From PVC group bacterium (lineage in GTDB: Bacteria > Omnitrophota > Gorgyraeia > B26-G9), in assembly GCA_024231215.1 (NCBI GenBank), contig JAAEQR010000072.1:385210-449209 (forward strand): a stretch of 64,000 nt of DNA, written 5' to 3'. This document shows, one piece after another, positions 1 through 10,147 of this stretch; the stretch's first letter is position 1; every line of letters begins with the position of its first letter. The notes below the pieces were generated by a model that worked only from the letters and a program-made list of their open reading frames with translations, ran no database searches and had not been told where the DNA came from. Both the position numbers and the translations under genes were made by a program.

Positions 1-381
1 GAAAGAGGGAAGACTTCTGTGATTACGACAAAACAATTAGCAGATCTTGTGTTCGAAGCATATCCGTATCGTGACCGTTATGGCAGAATTCATCCGGCTA
101 CAAAAACATTTATGGCTTTAAGAATTGCTGTGAACCGTGAATTAGAAGTTATTCAGGCGGTGATCACCGATGCCATAGATATGCTTAATCCGGGAGGAAG
201 AGTTTGTGTTATTGCTTTTCATTCCTTAGAAGATAGGATTATTAAAAATCAGTTTAAAGATTTTGCTAAAAAAGGGATAGTAAAGATAATCACTAAAAAG
301 CCTCTTATCCCGACTCAGGAAGAAATTAAAAGTAATGCGCCGAGTCGTAGTGCTAAATTTCGTGTTGCGGAGAAATTATGA
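1..381 (+). CDS. rsmH: 16S rRNA (cytosine1402-N4)-methyltransferase RsmH/MraW, C-terminal portion (5' end lies outside window)
   Basis: The reading frame is open to window position 1. It carries the conserved RsmH segment NPGGRVCVIAFHSLEDRIIK. It sits directly upstream of ftsL-ftsI, as in canonical dcw clusters. Confidence 0.8.
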   Translation, partial: ERGKTSVITTKQLADLVFEAYPYRDRYGRIHPATKTFMALRIAVNRELEVIQAVITDAIDMLNPGGRVCVIAFHSLEDRIIKNQFKDFAKKGIVKIITKKPLIPTQEEIKSNAPSRSAKFRVAEKL

Positions 382-755
382 TGAGATTGAAAACAATTAT
401 ATTCTATGCAGTTATTACTACTACTATATGTATAGTATATGTGTCTCAACAGGTTAGCATTGTTACTTTGGGATACCAATTGAGGGTGAAAGAGAATAAA
501 TTATGTGAGCTAGTTGACCGTAATCGGGTTTTATTGTACAATAATACCAGTTTGAAAGCGCCGCAGTATCTGGCGGGAAGATTACGGGAAAACGATATTG
601 ACTTAAAGCTTCCTGATACCGGTTCTGTTGCGAAAATTCGAATTGTGCGTCATGATCGAACAGAGGTGGCCAAAGCTACGACAACAGGGTGGAGAACGCG
701 TTTATTCGATATTATTGTCCCCAAGGCGCAAGCAGCACTGGATAGTATAAGATAA
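378..755 (+). CDS. ftsL: Cell division protein FtsL-like (small bitopic membrane protein)
   Basis: 125 aa with a single N-terminal TM helix followed by a coiled-coil-like segment. It occupies the syntenic rsmH-ftsL-ftsI position and overlaps the rsmH stop by 4 nt. Confidence 0.55.
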   Translation: MMRLKTIIFYAVITTTICIVYVSQQVSIVTLGYQLRVKENKLCELVDRNRVLLYNNTSLKAPQYLAGRLRENDIDLKLPDTGSVAKIRIVRHDRTEVAKATTTGWRTRLFDIIVPKAQAALDSIR

Positions 756-810
756 GTTCATTTCTGATTTTGTTTCCGAACATTTCAAACATAAGGATTG
801 AGTTTCTGAC

Positions 811-2517
811 GTGTATAAAAAGGCGCAAAAAATCCGCCTATTGGTTGTTTTTTTTTCCTACCTAATTGTATTACTTGTTATCTTATTTCGGTTGTTCTGG
901 ATACAGGTTCTACATAATCGTAATTATATCAAATTAGCTGATTCTCAGCATAACTTGACCCTTACTCTTTATCCGCAAAGAGGTATGATTTATGATCGTA
1001 ATAAAAAGGTATTTGCTCTTAGTCTGAAAGTGTCTTCTGTCTATGCGGAACCCCGGATTATTGATAATAAACACAGAGTAGCTGGTCAGTTGGCCTCGGT
1101 GTTAAACTTAGACCAATCCAAGGTTTTAGAGAGAATAAATCGTGACAAGCTTTTTGTCTGGGTCAAAAGAAAGATTAGCGAAGAAGAGGCAGCCAAGGTA
1201 ACAGAATTAAAGCTTCCCGGAGTTGGACTATTAAAGGAAAATAAACGTTACTATCCAAATAATACGCTTGCCTCACATGTTTTGGGATTTGTCGGGATTG
1301 ATGATTATGGGTTAGAGGGTCTGGAGCGAGTATTTAATAAGTATCTAACTGGAGAGTTTGGGTGGCGTTCTTTGTTGAGAGATGCAAAAAAGAGAATGCT
1401 GCCAGCCTTTGAATATGAACTAGTGCCGGCTGTAGACGGATATAATGTCCAGTTAACTATAGATGAAGTTATTCAGCATATAGTAGAAGAGGAATTGGAA
1501 AATGCGTTTAAGAAGCATAAAGCAAGGGGTGCTTCTATTGTAGTCATGGATCCAAATACAGGCGAAATCTATGCTTTAGCTAATCGGCCTTGTTATGATC
1601 CGAATTTTTTCAGAGAATCAACACCTGAATGTCGCCGAAACAGGGCAGTTTGCGATTTTTTTGAGCCGGGATCGATATTCAAGGTTATTACCGCTTCTGC
1701 GGCTTTAGAGGAGAAAGTGGTATCATTAGAAGAAACATTTTTTTGTGAGAATGGAAAATATCGAATTGGCGGACATACGTTACATGACCATAAACCGCAT
1801 GGTAATCTTAGTTTTGTAGAAATTATAGAGAAGTCGAGTAATATTGGTGTAGCTAAGGTAGCTCATAAGCTAGGTGAAAAAGCATTATATAAGTATATCC
1901 AAAAATTTAAATTCGGGACACCAACTGGTGTTGAATTATCAGGAGAGAGTGGGGGAATGGTCCGCCCTGTTTCGAAATGGTCGAAATATTCGCTTGCTGC
2001 TATTCCAATGGGACATGAAATTGCAGTTACAGTTTTGCAGATGTCCAGGGCAATGTCAGCGATTGCTAATGGTGGTTACTTGGTTAGTCCCTATATTGTT
2101 AAAAGAATTATTGATAATAATGGTGAAGTAATACGGGAGTTTGGCCAGGAACAACCTGCAGAACAGATTATTTCTAAGCAGACCTCAGATGCCATGCGGC
2201 AGATATTAAAAAGGGTTGTGGTAAGCGGAACTGGGCGTCGCGCGGCAATCAAGGGGTATTCAGCAGGTGGAAAGACAGGGACAGCCCAAAAAATAGATCC
2301 TAATGGCGGCTATTCACATAGTAAATTTATGGCTTCGTTTATCGGGTTTGTTCCGGTAGAAAATCCGCGTTTTGTTATTGCTGTTGTTTTTGATGAACCC
2401 AGACCCTATTATTACGGAGGCTTGGTTTGTGGGCCGGTATTTAAGAATATTGCGGAAAAGATTTTAAAATATATGGAAGTACCTGAAATAATTGAAACTT
2501 CCGGAGAAGGAAAGTAG
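811..2517 (+). CDS. ftsI: Peptidoglycan D,D-transpeptidase FtsI (class B penicillin-binding protein)
   Basis: GTG start. It has an N-terminal TM anchor and the SXXK (SIFK), SXN (SSN) and KTG(T) active-site motifs. The PBP dimerisation plus transpeptidase architecture is present. Confidence 0.9.
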   Translation: MYKKAQKIRLLVVFFSYLIVLLVILFRLFWIQVLHNRNYIKLADSQHNLTLTLYPQRGMIYDRNKKVFALSLKVSSVYAEPRIIDNKHRVAGQLASVLNLDQSKVLERINRDKLFVWVKRKISEEEAAKVTELKLPGVGLLKENKRYYPNNTLASHVLGFVGIDDYGLEGLERVFNKYLTGEFGWRSLLRDAKKRMLPAFEYELVPAVDGYNVQLTIDEVIQHIVEEELENAFKKHKARGASIVVMDPNTGEIYALANRPCYDPNFFRESTPECRRNRAVCDFFEPGSIFKVITASAALEEKVVSLEETFFCENGKYRIGGHTLHDHKPHGNLSFVEIIEKSSNIGVAKVAHKLGEKALYKYIQKFKFGTPTGVELSGESGGMVRPVSKWSKYSLAAIPMGHEIAVTVLQMSRAMSAIANGGYLVSPYIVKRIIDNNGEVIREFGQEQPAEQIISKQTSDAMRQILKRVVVSGTGRRAAIKGYSAGGKTGTAQKIDPNGGYSHSKFMASFIGFVPVENPRFVIAVVFDEPRPYYYGGLVCGPVFKNIAEKILKYMEVPEIIETSGEGK

Positions 2518-2519
2518 TA

Positions 2520-3995
2520 ATGAAAGCTTCAGAGATTGTAAAATTATTTGATGCTCAAAAAAATGTAAATGTTTTTGATGACTTTCAAGTTAAAGGACTC
2601 AGTATTGATTCCAGACACATAAATGCGGATTATTGCTTTATTGCGCTGCGGGGAACTGATTCAGATGGACATGATTTTATCTCGCAAGCTGTGGCTAAGG
2701 GATCGCGAATGGTTATTTATGAACGCGGTTATAAGTTTTCTAACGAACAGATCAAGAATACTGTTTTTATCCCGGTGGCTGATTCGCGGCAGGCTTTAGG
2801 TGTTTTAGCGTCTGAATTTTTTGCTCATCCCTCTCGAGGGTTGAAAATAATCGGGATAACAGGGACTAATGGAAAGACAACTGTATCACTTTTAATCGAG
2901 AATATGTTGAAAAATAACGGATTTTATCCAGGAGTGCTGGGAACGATTCATTACAAAATAGGAGATTTGATTATTCCCGCAAAAAATACCACACCTGATA
3001 TACTAACTCTACAGTCTTTATTTGCTCAAATGATAAAGATAAACTCTACGCATGCGGTTATGGAAGTTTCTTCCCATGCTCTTGATCAGTCTAGAGTACA
3101 AGGATTGGAATTCCAGACTGCGGTATTTACTAATCTTACCCAGGATCATCTGGATTATCATAAAGATATGGAGCAGTATTTTAATGCTAAAAGTAAATTG
3201 TTTATAAATCTAAAACCGAATAGTTATGCGGTTATTAACACAGATGATCCATACGCAGTACGGTTAAAGAAACTGACACAGGCAAAGATTATTGATTATG
3301 GGATTAAGTCCCAGGAATCAGCTGTAAGAGCAGTAGATATTAGCTTAGCCGGGCAAGGCAGTAGTTTTAGTGTAATTACTCCTCAAGGGCAGGTGAGGAT
3401 AAAGACAAAATTGATTGGCAGGCATAATATATATAATTTACTAGCTTGTATCTGTGTTGGGTTGCAGGAGGGGATAAGTTTAGAGAAAATAAGTGCTTCA
3501 ATTGAAATAATGGATACTGTTCCGGGGCGTCTGGAAGTGATTAGTTTTCAGCAGCCATTTAAGGTGTTTGTTGATTACGCTCATACAGATGATGCCTTAA
3601 AGAATGTTCTGAAAACATTAAGAGAATTAGATCCGCGTAAAATTATTACAGTGTTTGGCTGCGGCGGAGATAGAGATAAAAAGAAACGTTTATTAATGGG
3701 AAAAGTGGCAAGTGAAATGGCGGATTTTTTGATTATTACTAATGATAATCCTCGGACTGAATCCCCGGATATGATTATTGAAGGGATAAAAGCCGGATTT
3801 AAGGGAGAGTTTAAGGATTATGAGGTGATCTTAGACAGAAAAGAAGCGATTAACAAGGCTTTATCGATAGCCCAGGCAGATGATTTTGTCCTAATTGCCG
3901 GGAAAGGACATGAGACATATCAGATTTTTAAAGATAAAACTATAGACTTTGATGATCGTATAATCGTAAAGGAAATCTTAGAAAACAATGTTTAA
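2520..3995 (+). CDS. murE: UDP-N-acetylmuramoyl-L-alanyl-D-glutamate--2,6-diaminopimelate ligase MurE
   Basis: Mur ligase P-loop GITGTNGKTT. A DNPR motif (DNPRTE) is typical of meso-DAP-adding MurE. It is in the syntenic position. Confidence 0.9.
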   Translation: MKASEIVKLFDAQKNVNVFDDFQVKGLSIDSRHINADYCFIALRGTDSDGHDFISQAVAKGSRMVIYERGYKFSNEQIKNTVFIPVADSRQALGVLASEFFAHPSRGLKIIGITGTNGKTTVSLLIENMLKNNGFYPGVLGTIHYKIGDLIIPAKNTTPDILTLQSLFAQMIKINSTHAVMEVSSHALDQSRVQGLEFQTAVFTNLTQDHLDYHKDMEQYFNAKSKLFINLKPNSYAVINTDDPYAVRLKKLTQAKIIDYGIKSQESAVRAVDISLAGQGSSFSVITPQGQVRIKTKLIGRHNIYNLLACICVGLQEGISLEKISASIEIMDTVPGRLEVISFQQPFKVFVDYAHTDDALKNVLKTLRELDPRKIITVFGCGGDRDKKKRLLMGKVASEMADFLIITNDNPRTESPDMIIEGIKAGFKGEFKDYEVILDRKEAINKALSIAQADDFVLIAGKGHETYQIFKDKTIDFDDRIIVKEILENNV

Positions 3996-5373
3996 GCTGC
4001 AAAAAATTATTAAAGCGATCCAAGGGAATTTCATCGGAGTGGAAATATCCGGGCTAATAAAAGGCGTTTCTATTGATTCCCGGAGGATATCTTCCGGAGA
4101 GCTATTTATTGCAATCAAAGGAGAGCGATTTGACGGTCATGATTTTGTGGACTCAGTATTAAGTTGTGATGCGGCCGGAGTTATAGTATCTGCAGATTGG
4201 TATTCTGCACATAAGTATGAATTGATGGGTGTCCACAAACCTGTTATTGTAGTGGATGATCCCGTTAAGGCCTTAGCTAACCTAGCGGTCTCTTATCGAA
4301 AACGGTTTAATATACCGGTTATCGGAGTAACCGGTTCCAACGGAAAGACCACAACAAAAGAGATGATTGCAGGCGTATTATCGGCAAGGTATAATGTTTT
4401 GAAAAGCAAGGGATCGTTTAATAATCATATTGGGGTGCCGTTGAGTATATTAAAGCTAAGTTCTGAACATCAGGCAGCGGTTTTTGAGCTGGGGATGAAT
4501 CATCCAGGTGAGATTCGTGTGCTTAGTGATATCATCTTGCCCAAGATTGCGGTAATTACAAACACTGCGGAAGCTCATATGGGTTTTTTTGATTCTTTAA
4601 GCGATATTAGCGCAGCAAAATGTGAATTGTTAGAGAACTTAAGAAATGATGATGTTGCTGTTATTAATGCCGATTGCGAAGAATTATATTCACAGGCAAA
4701 GAAATATAAATCAAAAATTATTAGTTTTGGGATAGAACGGACTGCACAATATCAAGCATCGGATATTGTGAGCAAAGATGACGGTATTGAATTTATAGTT
4801 AATAAAAAATATGAATTTTGTTTAAATCTACTAGGCAGACATAATGTATATAATGCCTTAGCGGCGATTGCAGTTGGGGATTATTTGGGTTTAGATATGC
4901 AAGTTATCGCAGAACAGTTGAAAAGTATTCAACCGGCGGATTTGCGAATGCAGAGGATCAGAATAAAAGATATTACTTTGCTGGCAGATTGTTATAATGC
5001 TAATCTTCGTTCAGTCGAGGCAGCGCTTAGTACGATTACTGATGTAGGGAAGCAAAAGCGCAAAATTATGGTTTTCGGGGATATGAAGGAACTTGGTAAG
5101 TTTAGTGTTGACCATCATCGCCGAATTGGACAACTGGTGGCGGAAGCGGATCTTGATGTATTGATTGCGGTGGGCAAAGAAGCTTCGTTTGCCGCTAAGA
5201 CGGCTATGCGTCATGGAATGAATAAGAATCATGTCTTTGAATGTGGTTCGGCTCAGGATGCATCTAAAATTCTTATCCCGCTTTTAGAGTCAGAAGACAT
5301 TGTATTATTAAAAGCTTCCAGGGTAATGCAGCTAGAAAAAATCATTGAAGATGTCAAAAGTGATCTAAATTAA
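3988..5373 (+). CDS. murF: UDP-N-acetylmuramoyl-tripeptide--D-alanyl-D-alanine ligase MurF
   Basis: Mur ligase P-loop GVTGSNGKTTTKEM. It overlaps murE by 8 nt and follows dcw order. Confidence 0.9.
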   Translation: MFKLQKIIKAIQGNFIGVEISGLIKGVSIDSRRISSGELFIAIKGERFDGHDFVDSVLSCDAAGVIVSADWYSAHKYELMGVHKPVIVVDDPVKALANLAVSYRKRFNIPVIGVTGSNGKTTTKEMIAGVLSARYNVLKSKGSFNNHIGVPLSILKLSSEHQAAVFELGMNHPGEIRVLSDIILPKIAVITNTAEAHMGFFDSLSDISAAKCELLENLRNDDVAVINADCEELYSQAKKYKSKIISFGIERTAQYQASDIVSKDDGIEFIVNKKYEFCLNLLGRHNVYNALAAIAVGDYLGLDMQVIAEQLKSIQPADLRMQRIRIKDITLLADCYNANLRSVEAALSTITDVGKQKRKIMVFGDMKELGKFSVDHHRRIGQLVAEADLDVLIAVGKEASFAAKTAMRHGMNKNHVFECGSAQDASKILIPLLESEDIVLLKASRVMQLEKIIEDVKSDLN

Positions 5374-5416
5374 AATTTAAGATTATGGAAACGTTTTATA
5401 ACAAATAGGAGTTGTT

Positions 5417-6508
5417 ATGTTTTATCACTGGCTTTATCCGTTAAGAGAAATATTTTTTGGATTTAATGTTTTTAAATATATTACATTTAGAGCTGCCGGA
5501 GCTAGTGTTACGGCGTTTTTGATAAGTGCGCTTATCGGGAAATATGTAATCAGAATTTTAAAGACGTTAAACATTGGAGAAAGCGTGCGTAAGGGCAAAG
5601 CTTGTGCTTCTTTGTATGAACATCATAAGGAGAAAGAAGGGACTCCGACCATGGGTGGGGTTTTGATTTTATGTGCAATTTTTCTTTCTGTACTTCTATG
5701 GGCTGATCTTAGTAATAAGTATATTTGGATTACGATGGCAGCTGCATTATGGCTTGGCATTGTCGGGTTTATCGATGATTATATTAAATTAACCAGGAAA
5801 GATTCTCGTGGGTTGACGGCAGCGGTAAAACTTTGCGGCCAATTGGTGTTAGGGATCGTTATTGGATTTATTTTATATAATGATCCTAATGTGGGGGATC
5901 GTCTGGATATTCCTTTTTTTAAGAATTTAATTATTAACTTAGGATTTGTATATGTGTTTTTTACTGCATTTGTAATTGTCGGGACTTCTAATGCAGTGAA
6001 TCTCACCGATGGGTTAGATGGGCTGGCAATTGGCTGTGTATCGATTGTGGCTTTGACCTACGCTGGTTTTAGTTATGTTAGCGGACATTATAATTTTAGT
6101 GAATATTTGCATATTATGTATATACCTCAAGCTGGGGAGTTAACTGTGTTTTGTTCGGCCATATTTGGGGCTGGACTAGGGTTTCTTTGGTATAACTGTC
6201 ATCCTGCGGATGTGTTTATGGGCGATACCGGAGCATTGGCTTTGGGCGGAGCTATCGGTACGATTGCTTTATTGATAAAAAAAGAAGTATTATTGCTGTT
6301 AGTTGGCGGGATATTTGTGGTAGAGGCAATTTCGGTTATTATTCAGGTTGTGTCATTTAAATTAAGAGGGAAAAGAGTTTTTCTTATGGCTCCGCTGCAT
6401 CATCATTTTCAATTAAAAGGTTGGGCTGAATCAAAGATAATCTTTAGGTTTTGGATTATTGCGATCATCTTAGCGTTTATCAGTTTACTAACTCTGAAAT
6501 TAAGATAA
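5417..6508 (+). CDS. mraY: Phospho-N-acetylmuramoyl-pentapeptide transferase MraY
   Basis: Polytopic membrane protein with conserved MraY segments (NAVNLTDGLDGLA, MGDTGALALGG, HHHF). It follows dcw order. Confidence 0.9.
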   Translation: MFYHWLYPLREIFFGFNVFKYITFRAAGASVTAFLISALIGKYVIRILKTLNIGESVRKGKACASLYEHHKEKEGTPTMGGVLILCAIFLSVLLWADLSNKYIWITMAAALWLGIVGFIDDYIKLTRKDSRGLTAAVKLCGQLVLGIVIGFILYNDPNVGDRLDIPFFKNLIINLGFVYVFFTAFVIVGTSNAVNLTDGLDGLAIGCVSIVALTYAGFSYVSGHYNFSEYLHIMYIPQAGELTVFCSAIFGAGLGFLWYNCHPADVFMGDTGALALGGAIGTIALLIKKEVLLLLVGGIFVVEAISVIIQVVSFKLRGKRVFLMAPLHHHFQLKGWAESKIIFRFWIIAIILAFISLLTLKLR

Positions 6509-7896
6509 TGGAAAATATATCAAATAAAAAAATTGGAATTGTCGGTCTTGGAATTTCCGGATTTGCCGCGGCTTTATTGGCAAAGAAAAAAAAGGCAGAT
6601 GTTTATATTTCCGAAGCAGGTAAAGGCAAGAAAGTACAAGATTATGCTGCAATACTGCGTAAAAAGGGGATTAAGGTTGAAATTGGCGGACATAGCGAAG
6701 CTTTTTTCCAAGGGGTAGATAGTATTATTACAAGTCCCGGAGTTAAAAATAAAGCAATGCCTTTAGTATGGGCTAAAAAGAACAATATTCCTATAGTTAG
6801 TGAAATAGAATTTGCCAGCTGGTTTTGTCCGTTGCCAATTATTGCGATAACCGGTTCCAACGGAAAAACAACAGTTACTACTCTTATCGGGAAGGTGCTT
6901 AAGGATTCCGGTAAGCGTGTTATTGTCTGTGGAAATATTGGCAATCCGTTTAGCGCAGAGGTCTCACGTTTTAAACAGGCAGATGTTGTTGTCTTGGAAG
7001 TGAGTTCGTTTCAGTTAGAATACATTCAATCATTTCGTCCTAAGGTAAGTATTATTCTCAATGTTACTCAGAATCATCTTGACCATCATAACTCAATGTC
7101 TGAGTATTTTAAAGCTAAGGCTCAAATTATAAAAAATCAGAAAAAGACGGATTTTACAATTTTAAATTCAGGAGATAGTAGAGTAAGAAAAATAGGCAAA
7201 CAGACAAAAGCTAAAGTGCTCTTTTTTGGCAAAAAGAAAAAAAACTCCGAGTGTGTAGTAAATTTTTTCGGACAATCATGGCTCCAGGGGCAGATAATAG
7301 TAAGTGAATTTAAAAAGAAAAAGTACAAATTTAATAGTGCTGAGTTAAAGATAAAGGGAACGCATAATTTGGAAAATGTAATGGTTGTTATCTTAGCTGC
7401 AAAAACACAAGGGGTTAAGAATAAAAGTATTACTGATAGTTTGCGGCAATTTGACGGATTAGAGCATCGTTGTGAACGGATAAAGAATATTCGGGGTGTT
7501 AATTTTATAAATGATTCTAAGTCTACCACAGTGGATGCTACCCGTAAGGCTCTTTCAATGTTTTCAAGGAAAGATGTGATTCTTATTTGCGGCGGTCGTG
7601 ATAAAGGCAGTAACTTTATTCCGATCAGGCAGTTGGTTGGTAAAAAAGTTTTTCGAGTGGTTCTTATCGGAGAAGCAGCTGATAAAATAAAAAAGGCCTG
7701 GGGAAATATTGTGCCGATGCAGGTAGCTCCGGATTTTACAAGTGCAGTAAAATCTGCTTATGAGCAGGCTAGAGACGGGGATAGTGTATTGCTTTCTCCA
7801 ATGTGTGCGAGTTTTGATATGTTTAAGAGTTTTGAGCATAGAGGCGATGTATTTAGAAAAGAAGTATTAAAAATAGATAGAAAATTAAAAAAGTGA
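6508..7896 (+). CDS. murD: UDP-N-acetylmuramoylalanine--D-glutamate ligase MurD
   Basis: I chose the ATG at 6508, which overlaps the mraY stop as TAATG. The upstream ORF extension (6451) is in-frame inside mraY. Motifs: GLGISG Rossmann and Mur ligase P-loop ITGSNGKTT. Confidence 0.9.
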   Translation: MENISNKKIGIVGLGISGFAAALLAKKKKADVYISEAGKGKKVQDYAAILRKKGIKVEIGGHSEAFFQGVDSIITSPGVKNKAMPLVWAKKNNIPIVSEIEFASWFCPLPIIAITGSNGKTTVTTLIGKVLKDSGKRVIVCGNIGNPFSAEVSRFKQADVVVLEVSSFQLEYIQSFRPKVSIILNVTQNHLDHHNSMSEYFKAKAQIIKNQKKTDFTILNSGDSRVRKIGKQTKAKVLFFGKKKKNSECVVNFFGQSWLQGQIIVSEFKKKKYKFNSAELKIKGTHNLENVMVVILAAKTQGVKNKSITDSLRQFDGLEHRCERIKNIRGVNFINDSKSTTVDATRKALSMFSRKDVILICGGRDKGSNFIPIRQLVGKKVFRVVLIGEAADKIKKAWGNIVPMQVAPDFTSAVKSAYEQARDGDSVLLSPMCASFDMFKSFEHRGDVFRKEVLKIDRKLKK

Positions 7897-7944
7897 ATGT
7901 TAGTTTTAAACCACTAGATGCGAGATACGAGATGCTAAATAGTC

Positions 7945-9033
7945 ATGGATATAAAACAAACTAGAATAAGTGTTGCGGGCATATCTGTTGTTTTACTTTG
8001 CATTGGGATTGTGATGATTTACAGTGCAAGTGCGATCTATGCCTACGAAGTTTTAGAAGACAGCGCGTTTTATTTAAAACGACATCTTTTCTATGTACTG
8101 ATCGGATTGGTCTGTGCTGTAGGAGCAATGCTGATAGATTATGATAAACTGCGCAAGTGGTCGAAGCGGCTTTTGATCCTTTCTTTTTTCTTATTACTTT
8201 TACTATGGGTTCCTGGACTTGGTAAACAAGTAGGAGGAGCCAGGCGCTGGTTTAGAATTTGGATATTTAGTTTTCAGCCCTCAGAGTTAGCTAAATTCGC
8301 AATGATTGTATATACTGCGGACTTCCTTGCTCGAAAAAAATCATATATTCAGTCATTTGCACATGGGTTTTTACCTGCTTTAATCGTACTTTTATTAATG
8401 AGCGGGTTAATCCTGATCCAGCCTGATTTGGGTACAGTAATGGCAATGTCTATTATTTTCTTTATTATGTTTTTCATCGGTGGAGTTAAATTAACACATA
8501 TTACAGCGTTGATTTTAAGTTCTTTGCCTTGTCTCTATGTATTGATTTTCAGTGTGCCGTATCGGCGCAATCGGATCCTGGCTTTTTTAGATCCATGGAA
8601 GGATCCTCATGGGACGGGATTTCAAATAATTCAGTCTTTGGTTGCCTTAGGTTCAGGTGGTATTTCCGGGGTTGGATTAGGCCATGGCAAACAGAAGCTA
8701 TTATATCTGCCGGCAGCATATACGGACTTTATTTTTTCTATTATTGGGGAGGAAATGGGGTTTATTGGTACGGCGACGATTGTGTTTCTCTGTATTATGT
8801 TTCTTTTTTATGCTACTAAAATTAGCTTAAAAGCAAAAGATTCATTTGGTCAGTTTCTTTCTTTTGGCCTTCTTTCGGGTTTGATTATCGAAGCTATCAT
8901 TAATATGGCTGTGGTGACAAGTATATTCCCGACAAAAGGGTTGCCATTTCCATTTATAAGCTATGGGGGAACATCGTTAGTATTTAATATGATTTATGTT
9001 GGGTTAATCCTTAATATCGGAAGAAGTAGATAA
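7945..9033 (+). CDS. ftsW: SEDS-family peptidoglycan glycosyltransferase FtsW
   Basis: About 10 TM helices with the SEDS-family signature. It follows dcw order. Confidence 0.9.
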   Translation: MDIKQTRISVAGISVVLLCIGIVMIYSASAIYAYEVLEDSAFYLKRHLFYVLIGLVCAVGAMLIDYDKLRKWSKRLLILSFFLLLLLWVPGLGKQVGGARRWFRIWIFSFQPSELAKFAMIVYTADFLARKKSYIQSFAHGFLPALIVLLLMSGLILIQPDLGTVMAMSIIFFIMFFIGGVKLTHITALILSSLPCLYVLIFSVPYRRNRILAFLDPWKDPHGTGFQIIQSLVALGSGGISGVGLGHGKQKLLYLPAAYTDFIFSIIGEEMGFIGTATIVFLCIMFLFYATKISLKAKDSFGQFLSFGLLSGLIIEAIINMAVVTSIFPTKGLPFPFISYGGTSLVFNMIYVGLILNIGRSR

Positions 9034-10140
9034 ATGAAGATTTTAATATGTACTGCTGGTTCAGGAGGACATATCTATCCAGCTTTAAGTTTAGCTAAAT
9101 ACTTGAAGCATTCGTTGAAAACAGTTGAGTTTATTTTTTTATGTCCGCCTAAAGCTATTGCACGTAAGATATTTGATAAAGAAGAGTTCCGGGTAATTTA
9201 TTGTGATTTTAACCTCCAATTAACAAACAACCCGATTATTTTCCTCTTGAAGATTTCTGTATTTTTGGTAAAATCAATAGTAGAAGCCATTAAAATCTTT
9301 TTTTTACTTTTTAAAATCAAACCGGATGCAGTTGTTGCATTTGGTGGTAGAAGTTCTATCCCCGCAATTTTCGGAGCGCGGTTATTACGAATACCGACGT
9401 TAATTCATGAACAAAATGTAATCCCAGGTAAAGTAACTCGATTCCTTGCGCATATTTCAGATAAAGTAGCAGTTGGCTTTAAAGTAAGTCAGCGATATTT
9501 TAAGCGAAAAGATACGATTTTTACAGGCACGCCTGTCCGTGATGGATTGAAAAAAATTGAAAAACAAGAAGCCAGAAGGTCTTTGGGGTTAAGTGAATCG
9601 AAGTTTACTATTCTTGTGTTGGGTGGTAGCCAAGGAGCACATTTTATTAATCAGAATTTCCTGTTGGCGATAGAGAATTTATCGGATAAGGAAAAACAAA
9701 GCCTGCAAATTATTCATTTAAGTGGAGAAAAAGATAAACTAAAGGTAGAACAGGGATATTTAGCAGCAGATATTACCGCTCGGGTTTTTTCTTATCTTTT
9801 TGAAATTAGTCCGGCGTATTGTGCTTCGGATTTAGTAGTATCTCGGGCTGGTGCCGGAACTTTAAGTGAAGTAATATATTTTGCTAAGGCGGCAGTTTTA
9901 ATTCCGTATGCTTATGCGCATGCTCATCAGAAAGAGAATGCTAAGGTTATGGAAGATAAAGCTGCAGCATTTGTTTTGAATGAAGATGAAACTTGTGGGG
10001 AAAAGGTAAGAGAGATAATCGTTCAGGCGATAAAAGATCCTCAGACATTACAGAAAATAGCATTAGCTACTCAAAAACTAAATAGTGATCAGGCAACTGT
10101 GGTATTAGCAAAATTAGTAGAAGAATCCGTGAAAAGATAA
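9034..10140 (+). CDS. murG: Undecaprenyldiphospho-muramoylpentapeptide beta-N-acetylglucosaminyltransferase MurG
   Basis: N-terminal GGSGGHIYPALSLA motif of MurG (GT28). The start abuts the ftsW stop. Confidence 0.9.
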   Translation: MKILICTAGSGGHIYPALSLAKYLKHSLKTVEFIFLCPPKAIARKIFDKEEFRVIYCDFNLQLTNNPIIFLLKISVFLVKSIVEAIKIFFLLFKIKPDAVVAFGGRSSIPAIFGARLLRIPTLIHEQNVIPGKVTRFLAHISDKVAVGFKVSQRYFKRKDTIFTGTPVRDGLKKIEKQEARRSLGLSESKFTILVLGGSQGAHFINQNFLLAIENLSDKEKQSLQIIHLSGEKDKLKVEQGYLAADITARVFSYLFEISPAYCASDLVVSRAGAGTLSEVIYFAKAAVLIPYAYAHAHQKENAKVMEDKAAAFVLNEDETCGEKVREIIVQAIKDPQTLQKIALATQKLNSDQATVVLAKLVEESVKR

Positions 10141-10147
10141 AAGAAAG

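Noticed and set aside
1874-2131. 85-aa ORF in an alternate frame inside ftsI
   Set aside because: It lies entirely within the well-supported PBP coding frame. It has no RBS and no recognisable domain. I treat it as a chance ORF in AT-rich sequence.
6451-6507. Upstream extension of the murD ORF-track call (start at 6451)
   Set aside because: The extension lies inside mraY in another frame. The ATG at 6508 forms a TAATG overlap with the mraY stop and gives a canonical MurD N-terminus.
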